Source: Trichosphaerium sp. ATCC 40318 (lineage: Eukaryota > Protista > Tubulinea). From it: a stretch of DNA of 64,000 nt. Under the pieces are notes generated by a model. It worked only from the letters and a program-made list of their open reading frames with translations. It was not told the origin of the DNA and ran no database searches. Below, piece after piece: positions 52,286-62,979 of this stretch. The stretch lies in the NCBI GenBank assembly GCA_038496445.1, contig JALMLS010000596.1, forward strand, positions 186,001 through 250,000, written 5' to 3'. Both the position numbers and the translations under genes were made by a program. Each line of letters opens with the position of its first letter. Position 1 is the stretch's first letter.

Positions 52286-54300
52286 ATGAAAGCGCTTACT
52301 TTCCACGGCAAGCAAACTATAAAGGCAAGTCATTTGCGAACTAACTTCACCCAAACAAGTTCCACCGTTTCGAAACGTCTAAACGCCTCCACTAGTATAC
52401 ACAAGTACCAAAACCTTCAATTCAAGCGCCTACAGATGCCATAATAAAAGTTGAGCAAACAGCGATATGTGGATCAGATTTACATCCTTACCACGAGAGG
52501 GAGGAGGGTTTGGACCATGGTACGCCAGCTCAAACGCAAAACAGAATTTTTTAAAGAAAACTTCAAAAAAACTTTCCGTGTTGGTGCATAAACTAACTAT
52601 CTTAGGTACGTACGTACCTATTTCCACGCTTACCATTGCTACGGAATACTAAGAATACCCACAGAGTGATGGGACATGAGCACGTTGGCATTGTATTGGA
52701 GGTACACCGATTTTTGTTCATATGATTTCATTGAGAAAAACTGGTTCTGTTCAGGTAGGAGATCAAGTCAAATCCATCAAAGTAGGTGATGCAGTGTGTT
52801 GCCCATTTACAACATCATGTGGGAAATGCTTTTACTGCCTGAAAGGCACGTCAAGTTCCATAAATATGTCAAACCGACATATTCCAAAAATAGTCTTGTT
52901 GATTTGTTGTATTACTTATTATGCTATCAAGGTCTCACATGCCGGTGTGAGAATGGTCAATTATTAGGATGGGTAGAGAACGGAGTTGGTTTACATGGAG
53001 TACAGGCAGAATACGTCCGTGTACCGGTATGAACAGCATTCGAATACATGTATTGAACTATTTTGTAACTTTTTATTGCCAGCTTGCAGATACGACCTTA
53101 ATGCGTATTCCAGAAGGTGCGCATAGAGCTTTAGTATATTGAGGTAACATTAAGAATAGGATTAAGTCTATCCCAAGGGTTACTGCTAGGTACTTATGAA
53201 AAGTGATTAGAAATTCTTATTACCATTTTCCGCTTTAATTCTTCCTTTTTAGGTGATGTTTTTTCGACGGGATACTATTGTGCCGATAGAGCAGATATTA
53301 CTTCAGAATCTGTGGCAGTAGTGATCGGCTGTGGTCCTGTTGGTAAGTGTTGGATATGTCTTTTTTAAGACTTACAAAGTGGTAGGATTAATGAGCATCG
53401 TGGGTGCTCAAAGTCTTGGAGCAGATACTGTATACGCTATAGACTGTGTAAAAGAGCGAATGGTAGGTTTAAATTGTACAGAATTTATGTGTTAAATCTT
53501 TATTTGCGTTTAGGATCTTGCTGCAAAGTTCGGAGCAAAGCCACTCAACTTTAAGACTCAAGATATAATAGCTATTGTTAAAGGTATTATTACCACTGTA
53601 AACTAATTAAGTTAATGTGAATTGTATAGATGCAACGGATGGGCGAGGCGCAGATTGCGTTCTTGAAGGTACAACGAAAGTTAACAACATAAAGCATAAA
53701 TTCACACTTCTGTTTTAGCTGTTGGTAGCCCACAAGCAACTCGCACCGCTTTTGATATGTTAAGACCTGGTGGAACATTATCAACAGTCGGTGTACATAC
53801 AGGTATTTAGTTTAAACCACAAATCAATCTGTTGCTAAATTACATTGAAGAGAGCACGTTGAACTTTAATCCTGTCGAAGCTTATGATAAGAATATTACG
53901 TTCAGAATTGGTAAGTCACTTTTGCGATAAGGTTGTTTACGTATGTACTATTGTAGGACGTTGCCCAGCAAGACATTACATGTCTTTATTGCCTAAGGTT
54001 ATAAAAGAGTTTAAAACTGATGTATCTCAAGTGTTCTCTCACAAGATGCAGTTGTCTGAAGGTAACGAGGACGAACACCCAGGACTGCCTACTACTTATG
54101 CTTTGAGTTTTTTCTTAAAACATTCTTGTGTATTTCTTGAACACATAATGATAATGTATGGTTTAGGTCCTGAGGCTTATAAAATCTTTGATGCAAAACA
54201 ACAGGCACGTAATTTTTTTTTCAGTGGGTTTTTTTTACCGTTGCTTGTATGTTTACCTTACTGGTTATAGGGGTGTACTAAAATTTTACTTGTGCCATAG
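52286..54300 (+). CDS. Zinc-dependent medium-chain alcohol/formaldehyde dehydrogenase-like protein
   Basis: AICGSDLHPY, GTVMGHE, CGKCFYCLKGLTCRC, GVQAEYVRVP, GDVFSTGY, VIGCGPVG and GRGADCVLEAVG. Confidence 0.93.
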
Positions 54301-54827
54301 ATGATTCAATATAATAGGCGTATAATATAAATGTATTATCAGAGTGCTTTTTTTTTTTTTTGGTTGAACGTTTCTAGTTTAAAACAAATTCTTGACACTG
54401 GACCAATCAAATAGATTTGAGCCATAATCAACACTCTCTTAAATAAGTGGGAAACTAAAACCCAGTCATAATTCTTGAAAGAAAATTCAATGAAACTTGC
54501 TTTTTCATTTCTTTGGCATTGTGATCATGCAGCCCGCAATTTTTTTCGTACGATTTTAGTTTGAGCATAAAAGGAGTTTGAAATTTCCTTCTCATGTGTT
54601 TCTCGGCCTATTGGCTTTGATCATGTGTAGTAAAAGTTAAGAATGGGTTAAACCCCAGGCAAGTGACCACGTGTCACTTTGTCTTTAACCCATTATTTGG
54701 AAAACTAATGGTGATTGACATTGCTTGCAATGTCAGTTCCCATACAGTGATTATCCTAGCATAGCACTACCCGCTAGAGTCATATTCACTTTTTTTACTG
54801 TATTTGCAACCTGTGAAGAAATCTCTT

Positions 54828-56538
54828 TTATTGAACTTTAGAGAATACGCGAGTCATGCACGTGGCCACTTGTTGCAATGTACCAACACAAATGTAAGCT
54901 TTATAATGCATTGTTGTACCTGCCTTTACATTGTTGTTCCTATTAAAATCATTTAACGCATAAAAGCCCAAACATTGTAATCTGTTTTGCATACCGGTGC
55001 ACTAATGTCCACTTGTTTGTGGAGTCAAGGTCGTTTGGAATTTTTACTTGGAATTTACCATAACCAGTGGTTGGATATCCTAACATTATTAGTATCTACA
55101 CATTGAATCCGATTTCTTTTTAACAGTTCTGTTACCCGGAGACGGTAATCCTGGAGACCACATGCCCATGGCATACGCGCTATCGGAAGTGCTAAATACA
55201 AGTGGATCTGGTATTCCTCCCCCTTCGGTGGCAATGCTTTTAAGTTGCCTTGAAAACACGAATATTAGTACTGACTTTTTTGTTGTTTATAGTGTTTCTC
55301 ACCTGTAGAAACATTGATGCTATAAAAATGGTCAAAATCCTTGGTCATATATCCTGTGGGCGCTTCAACTTGTAGGTAGTGATCATCTTGTGGAACGAAA
55401 ACACTTGATAAGAAAGAGATTGCATTTTCAATTCCAGCAAAACCTAGTTTTTTGTTTGCCTTTAGTATGTGTTGTACTAGCTCTTTCTTCATGTACCGAT
55501 TGTTACCTTCTTTGACATTGTATACTTGGATACCTTGACCTTGTTAAGTGCCTCAGAGCATGTTGAAGTTGGCTTTTCAGGTTTCTGTCCTGGAGAAAAC
55601 CAAAAGGCAGGAAGAACCTAAGTATTGTCAAAATGTACTTTTACTCTGTTGGCGTGCTGACCTGAGTTTGAAGTACGTTTTGAGAAGATGTGATATTTTG
55701 AATGACTGTTGTTGAGTTGGGGTTGTGGAGATCTCTTCCAGATCCAGCCTCAGTTGGATTGAAGCACTCCTTCGCAAGAAATCAGACAATCACGAGCTCA
55801 AAGAAAATTTATTTTGTACTCCGTATCCATTAGTGACAGCTGACTGTAGCTCTCGACCATGATCCTTCATACTTGATTTAATACGTTAATAGTAAGACAG
55901 GATGTACCCAGGCATTTATGAACTCACGATTGTTCCAAACAACACTATTTAAATAAATCAAATAACTAGACAACATAATTACAATACCTATCTACAGCTC
56001 CACCCATACGATCTGATGCACTCATAAATATACCACTGCTTGGATTGTGAATAGTATATCTACCGCCATAACCGCCTTCAACGTAACCCAAAAGCCCTAC
56101 AACTACTTGACTATTTCGGTTCGAAAAGGTTAATAGCAAAAAAGCTCACCTTGGGCATGACCGATAGTCAAGTAGTGTTCTATGGCAGCAGAATAATTTG
56201 ATCCATATTTTTGCTTTAAGTATGGATAGCGTTCGAGGTATTGTACAGTGTGGAAGCTTCCACAAGCTTGTCTTCCTTCATGAATGCCGATTGTCTACAG
56301 AAGGATTTTTTATCAGACAAAGAAAAGTGGTCGTAAAACTCTAGCGAGTTTTTTAAATTCGTGGATTTACCTTCCAATGGTTTTGCGCTTTCTCCAGAGT
56401 GTATAATCCGGCTTCATTTAAATCATAGTTTGTGTTTATGTAGAAGTAAAAACTAAACACTGATGGAGAGAAAATATCGAATGCCTCACAACACGTGATA
56501 AGCGCAACAAAAATAAACAAAAAACGGAATGAATCCAT
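54828..56538 (-). CDS. Secreted protein with FxxxxYLxxYPDL...HYxxxG-type repeats and a bacterial-like beta-sandwich domain
   Basis: Signal peptide, FHTVQYLERYPYLKQKYGSNYSAAIEHYLTIGHAQG, GRELQSAV, CFNPTEAGSGRD, PAFWFSPG, QVEAPTGYM and YICVGTLQQV. Confidence 0.6.
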
Positions 56539-56713
56539 TACAGTTTAACGGCGAGTGGAAACAAATACGAAAAAACTGACTTAAGTTATTTAATAGTTAA
56601 GCAAACAGTCGACGCTCAAAAAAGAGATTTTTGTTGTAAAAGTTCCATTTGGGCAAGTTGCGCTAGTAGGCTAAAACACACAGTTGGTTTTTATACAATA
56701 CATCACGCTTGTT

Positions 56714-58303
56714 ATGAATAAATTCTTCGCTATTGTTCTTGTCAGGCACGTATACGACGTTCCAGAGTTTGTAGACGCGGAAGAGCATTAGATACAGCGC
56801 TCTCGCTTTAATTAAACTTGGCACCAAAATTTACACGATTTAGCCTTTATGCTGTCACGTGTATGGATATATCTATGTACAGATGTTCGGGAGATGAATG
56901 TACGTCATTTGAAAGAAAAGATTACGCTAGCACGTGACTTGTTTTCCGTAATTAAAGGTTAATTAAACAACTTATTTGGTTTGTTTAGTGCGCGGTTGTG
57001 GCATTTCTGTAGCTCAATGTACCCTTGATAATAAAACTCCTTTGGGTGATTGCTTCGCACTACAGCCTTGCTTTGTTATAGCAGGCGCTACGCATGCAAA
57101 GTTCGTTACTGATCCAAACGGGTAAGGTACATCTTTCTACACTAAAGATTAAATTATTTTTCGCGTGTAGGTTTCGCATTCAACCATTCTCTGACGCTGC
57201 TTGTAATTTCACAGTAGGCGGTGGAATAGGTCCGTTCGACACCGACAGTCCATGCACAACTTTTCAAAATGACTGGACTTGCTCGTTCCTTATCCGTGAA
57301 GGCACACCTATGATAGTTGGTACGGCACTACTTATCTTCGCAAATATTTTTAACAATAAAATAAGGTGATTCCTGGACAGGCTGGGAGTTTCCAGGTACA
57401 TCAATTAGTCTACTGAAACTCTTACACTCACTCAAGGCGGTTGTAACCTGCTTCCGCAGATGAAGCGTGACATTACAAATTTTGATGAGTGCGCGCTTAG
57501 CCCATATTGTACAACAGGCGATTGGGTTAAAGTTTCACCAGTGCCTGGGATGAGTTACAATATCAGCATTACGCATTACACATCTGAGGACTTTTGCAAC
57601 CGTGATGTTAATTCAAGAGTTCAATATGCAGGTATTTTCGATTTGGAGGTAACGCCTACTGGAGCTTGCTCTACTTTTCAATGTGGTGGATGTATGTTTA
57701 TTTTCCTTTTTTTGTTAAATTCACTCTTTAACATTTCGTTTACAGCTCAATCCCTCCCCACCGCTTTCAAGTATGCAGTTACAGGCTCTCCATTCGTTCA
57801 AACACCAAACAGTGGCGTGTCTCCAATAGGAGCAACACCTACCTCAGGCACAACTCCTGTAGGCACCAATACGCCAACATCCGGTAATACGCCTGTAGTT
57901 GGCGCTGTACCAGCATCCGGTAATACACCTGTAGTTGGCGCTGTACCTGCATCTGGTATTACACCCAGCAGCGATACTCCAGCGACACCTTCAACTGGAA
58001 CCCCAACAATACCTACAACTGTCATCACACCAAGTACTGTCAACACACCTACTACTGTCAATACACCAAGTACTGTCAATACACCAAGTACTGTCAACAC
58101 ACCAAGTACTGTCAATACGCCAAGTACTGTAATCATACCATCAAGTTCAGTAGCACCAATTGACTCAAACGTACCATCAGCTCGTTCAAGTGGCATTACC
58201 TTGGTAAACTTTTTGCTACTTTTGTGATAAATTTTGTTAACATTGTTTCATTTAGGTTCCTTTGTCATTTGTTTTATTTGTAATGGTGATTTTTGCCTTT
58301 TAA
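56714..58303 (+). CDS. Cell-surface GPI-type mucin-stalk protein, paralog G3
   Basis: CGISVAQCTLDNKTPLGDCFALQPC and WTCSFLIREGTP, a stalk with GNTPVVGAVPAS x2 and TPSTVN x about 6, and a spliced tail GITLVPLSFVLFVMVIFAF*. Confidence 0.8.
58026..58133 (+). repeat. Coding 18-bp tandem repeat (TPSTVN)
   Basis: ACACCAAGTACTGTCAAY repeated about 6 times inside the G3 stalk exon. Confidence 0.9.
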
Positions 58304-58453
58304 TTAATAAGTTAAATAAATAGTGTATTGTCAGCATACTACAAACGTTTTACAATCAGTAAAGTAGCTCCACAGAGCCAAGGAGATTCACATTTTAAAA
58401 AAAAAGATGAATAGTCGATGACGTATTAACTAACTTGACTTTTAGTACGAAAC

Positions 58454-60182
58454 ATGGGGAAGCTTGTAGCGGCCATATGTACGCGTTTTTATACAGTTTG
58501 GCATAGATTTAAATGTTTTTCTACCTTCGCACAGGTATCTTGATTTTCACCACGTTCACGTGGGGATATAACCAAGAGTTTTGGGACAATATGGATGAAT
58601 TTGAAGTCATTTCCAAAAGTACGTTGTCGTGTTGGGTTACTACAACTAGTTACTCATTAAATAGTATCTCTTACGCACGTGGATGCTTATCAAGCAATAA
58701 ATTCAAAACAACATCGCGTCGACCTTTTTTTCAATACAAATAAGACTCTGAGCTTCACCTGTATTAAACAGTCTCCCTACGCAAAAAATACAAAGGTAAT
58801 ATCATATTTGGGAGATACAATTACGATCTATCAAAATCACGTGGACATAACTGAATGATTTGTAGATTACCATACAAAACGAACACAATGTGACTTTTAT
58901 TGATGCACCTTCAAACACATTCAAAGCGATTGGAGGGGACCATCAACATTTTAGAGTTACTCAATACTCTGATGGTACTTTCTCTGGCTTTTGGCAATCC
59001 GAGCAAGGTCATTGGCACTTCTTCGATGCTCTTGATAGGTACCAAATATTGCCACAATAGGATATTACAAATGAATAAAATTAGGCACGTGTTGTTCATG
59101 CATCCTCGTCACAAGTCTTTGATTGGAAATGGTTCTCATTTAGTATTCAGGTAATTAATATTGTACACTTTGTTTGCACTCACGTTGTACAATTTTAGAG
59201 AACCTGAATTATCGTATCAAAACACAAAGAGAGGTCCAGCTATTGGAGACAAGGCACCTCTATCGCCTCCACCTGATCCTTGTCCATCACAAGTCCATGA
59301 AGTTACACTTGTGAGTTTGATGTATGAAGTGTATTACATTTAACAATGTGTACAATAGAGTGTTATTGTAACTGTTGCTTACGTAAGGGCTTCTGGAAGT
59401 ATTGAAAAAGCTGCAAATCGCATTGCAGAAGGTACTTGTTGTAGATTTATACTCTTTTCAATCTCTTATCATATTAATTAGCTGTCACAAGTCTGAATGT
59501 TTGGTTTGAAATGGATGTGGTAACGATAAAGAAGACCTTTCCTGTTTCTAACTTTTGATTCTTGTTCTAGAGATTGCATGTCACGATTCAAAACGCAATA
59601 ATATACACCACCCCAGGTACCTTGATTTCGTGAATACAAGTAAACTTAACTGTTGTTTTCAAGGAAAAGTATCATGGAACGTGGAACGCTCCGATAACTG
59701 TGAGAATCCTTTTCAAACTTTTGTTTCCGAATGGTACAACGAGATACCTCAATGCTGTGGAAATACAGCGATGGGTATATTATTCCATAACTGTGCCTCA
59801 CATTCTGCTGTGACGGGTGCTAGAAAATTGTGTGGAAACGTTCGTATTCCGATTTAGTTTTTTGGTTGTATGTTCACACCTAACTGTTTCACTAGCCAGC
59901 CTTACCGGGAATGACTGTTAATTACCGTGATCCTGTACGTACCCGCCGTTCAATTACATGGGGTATCGGGTTAATGACCAGAGCACCTGTTGACAGCGAT
60001 GGTATTTTGGAAGGGACAACCAGTAATGAGTATGTCAGTTTTTTATGCAACATCACCAATGGTTATTATTGTTTAGAGGTTCCGGTTATGACAGGTTTTC
60101 AAAAATAAGTCAAGGATTTGTATGTGATGCCATTCCTGGTTTAATCGCTACAAACTGTTTGAAACCCTATGAATCAACATAA
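58454..60182 (+). CDS. ADAM/reprolysin-like pseudoprotease, copy C
   Basis: MGKLVAAICILIFTTFTWG, TKR, LSPPPDPCP, LFHNC, TWGIGLMTRAPVD-SDGIL and DRFSKISQGFVC...NCLKP. Confidence 0.75.
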
Positions 60183-60766
60183 AACATAGAACTTTTAACT
60201 CACTTTTTTTGATGAACTTGAAAAAAAGAAAAATTTCGGCAAAACTAATAAAAAAAATCATGTGACTTTAAAAAGGCCTTAGTCAAATTAGCTAAGAAAG
60301 CAGAGCACTCAGTATAAAATTTCGAGTAAGTAATAATTTGAATGAGATACAGTTACGGACTCGGCCCAATATTTTTTTTATCGGTCCGTTAGGCGTAATT
60401 TAAACGCACGTGATTTTCCAAGTTTTGTTATATTTGTGGTGGCGTTTATAAAGCCTACAATAATATTGCTTACATATTTTGATCTGCCTTGTCGATACTA
60501 TTCCAGTGCTAGCATGGATAGGTCAAGTTAATTGTATTTACACGTTGCTTTGAATTGATGTATTTGCATTCTTATTTATGTTACAACGCTGTGAGTGCGT
60601 AGTACTAGCCAATGAGGAACTTTTAAACTAAAAACTAAAGAACTAGCGTGTCTATTTGTTACAAGGTTTATATAGCTTTCCTTGTGATACAAATTCTTTT
60701 CACGCAAAAAAGTTCACACAAGATAAACCTTCAACAAAAAAAAACAAAGGTTAACTTGCGAACAGG

Positions 60767-62498
60767 ATGTGGAGCGCGAAAACAGTTTGTACGTTGCCAG
60801 TTGTTTTTCGTACAATGCTAAACCTCACTATCGAAGGCATTGCAGTATTATTCATCCTATCGGCTAGAGGATACAATCACGAGTATTGGAACACCATAGA
60901 ACACTTTGAAGTGATTACAAAAGGTACCGTCACATTCTGGTTTATCTTGTAACGCTATGTAGTATCGCTAACGCACGTGAATACATCATACCACCAGGTC
61001 ATGCTTCATTTCGATTCAAACAAAACAATGAGCTTCAACTGCATCAAACACTCGGTATACGCAAAGAATACAAAGGTATCGTGTAATAGCATTAATAATG
61101 AACTTTTACAACTGCTCTGCTTATTTTTGATATCGAAAAATAAATTTACTCACCTTTCTGCTGTAGATTACCATTCACAATGAACACAATGTGACAGTTA
61201 TAGATGCACCTTCAAACACGTTCAAAGCGATTGGAGAGAACCATCAACATTTTCGAGTTACTCAATACTCTGATGGTACTTTCTCTGGCTTTTGGCAATC
61301 CGAACAAGGTCATTGGCACTTCTTTGATGCTCTTGATAGGTACCACGCTCCTTCACATCACTTAGTATGTTACTGAGGGAAAAAACTAGACATGTGTCGT
61401 TCATGCATCCTCATCACAAGTCTTTGATTGGAAATGGTTCTCATTTGGTTTTCAGGTAGATTATGACGCTTTGTTTGAACTCACGTTTTTCAATTTTAGA
61501 GAACCTGAATTAACGTTTCAAACCACAAAGAGAGGTCCAGCTGTTGGAGATAAGGCACCTCTTTCGCCTCCTCCTAATCCTTGTCCATCACAAGTCCATG
61601 AAGTTACACTTGTGAGTTTGATGTATGAACTGTATTACCGTTAACAATGTGTACAAATAGAGTATTGCTGTAACTGTCGCATACGTAAGGGCTTCTGGAA
61701 GTATTGAAAAAGCTGCAAATCGTATTGCAGAAGGTACTGCTGTAGATTTATAAACTATCAGTTTAATCTCATTATAAATAGCTGTCATGAGCATAAATGT
61801 TTGGCTTGAAATGGATGTGGTAAAGAAAATAACCGAGAGCATTCCATTAACTTTTTGATCCTCATTCTAGAGACTGCACGCCACAATTCAAAATGCCGTA
61901 ATATACACCAGCCCAGGTACCTTGATTTCGTAAATACTCTGCCAAGGCTTTGCAGCTTAAATTAACTCATTAACTTTGTTCAAGGAAAAGTATCATGGAA
62001 TGTTGAACGCTCCGATAGCTGTGAGAACCCTTTAAATTCTTTTGTTTCCGAATGGTACAACGAGATACCTCAATGCTGTGGAAATACAGCGATGGGTATA
62101 TTATTCCATAACTGTGGGTCATATTCTACTGTGACAAGTGCTAGATTATTGTGTGGAAACGTTCGTATTCCGATTTAGTTTTTTGGTATGTTCACCTAAC
62201 TGTTTCACTAGCCAGCCTTACCAGCAGCAACAGCCTATTACCGTGATCCTACGGCTACACGCCGTAAAATTGGATTTGCTATTGGTATTAGTACAGTGAC
62301 AGAATTGCCTCCTAGTGAGAAAGATGGCATTTTTGGAGGGGCAAACAGTAATGAGTATGTCAACACTTTTATTCAACATCGCCAAGTTTATTATTGTTTA
62401 GCGATCCTGGTTTTGACAGGTTTTCAAAAGATAGCCAACAATTAGTTTGTAATGGAATTGATGGATTAATCTACAGAGGGTGTTTGAAGCCCTTATAA
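60767..62498 (+). CDS. ADAM/reprolysin-like pseudoprotease, copy D
   Basis: Same exon structure. The site region reads GFAIGISTVTELPPSEKDGIF, followed by DRFSKDSQQLVC...GCLKP. Confidence 0.75.
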
Positions 62499-62979
62499 AT
62501 CAAAATAAAATTTAACATATTTTTCAGTCTTAGTTTTTGCCTTCCAGAGCTTGTATTATCGATCTTGGTTCCATTTTGATAGGCAATACAGCTGCTGTCG
62601 TGTTGTAAAGAAACAACTTATTGACAAAAGCAGGTCAATCGCTCCAAAACAAACTCTAAATGATGCTTGCAACATGCCTCAATCACTGTTACAAAGTACG
62701 ACAAAACTATAATGAAAATAGTTTACGGTCTTCAGAAGATCTTCTCGCCTGAAAAAAAAAACCCCGTGTCGCCAGTAACCTTTAAATCTATTGGGAAGGT
62801 TGCACATTCTGTTTGTGGCAGATACTGAAGTATCACGATTAAATTATCAACTCTAGTACTTTGAATTGTATCTCACTGACTAACAATAAAGACAAATAAA
62901 CAAGAGAGAAGCTGGTAAAACAAAAACCCTTTTAAAAACTACATTTGTAATAAGATGGTTAAGTGCTGTATGGTAAGTT

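Noticed and set aside
58026-58133. Short regular direct repeats resembling a CRISPR array
   Set aside because: They are contiguous 18-bp coding repeats (TPSTVN) with no spacers, inside a spliced eukaryotic gene, and there are no cas genes.
51701-58196. Val/Gly-rich minus-strand ORFs 51701-51931 and 57798-58196
   Set aside because: They are antisense shadows of the Thr/Pro-rich stalk exons.
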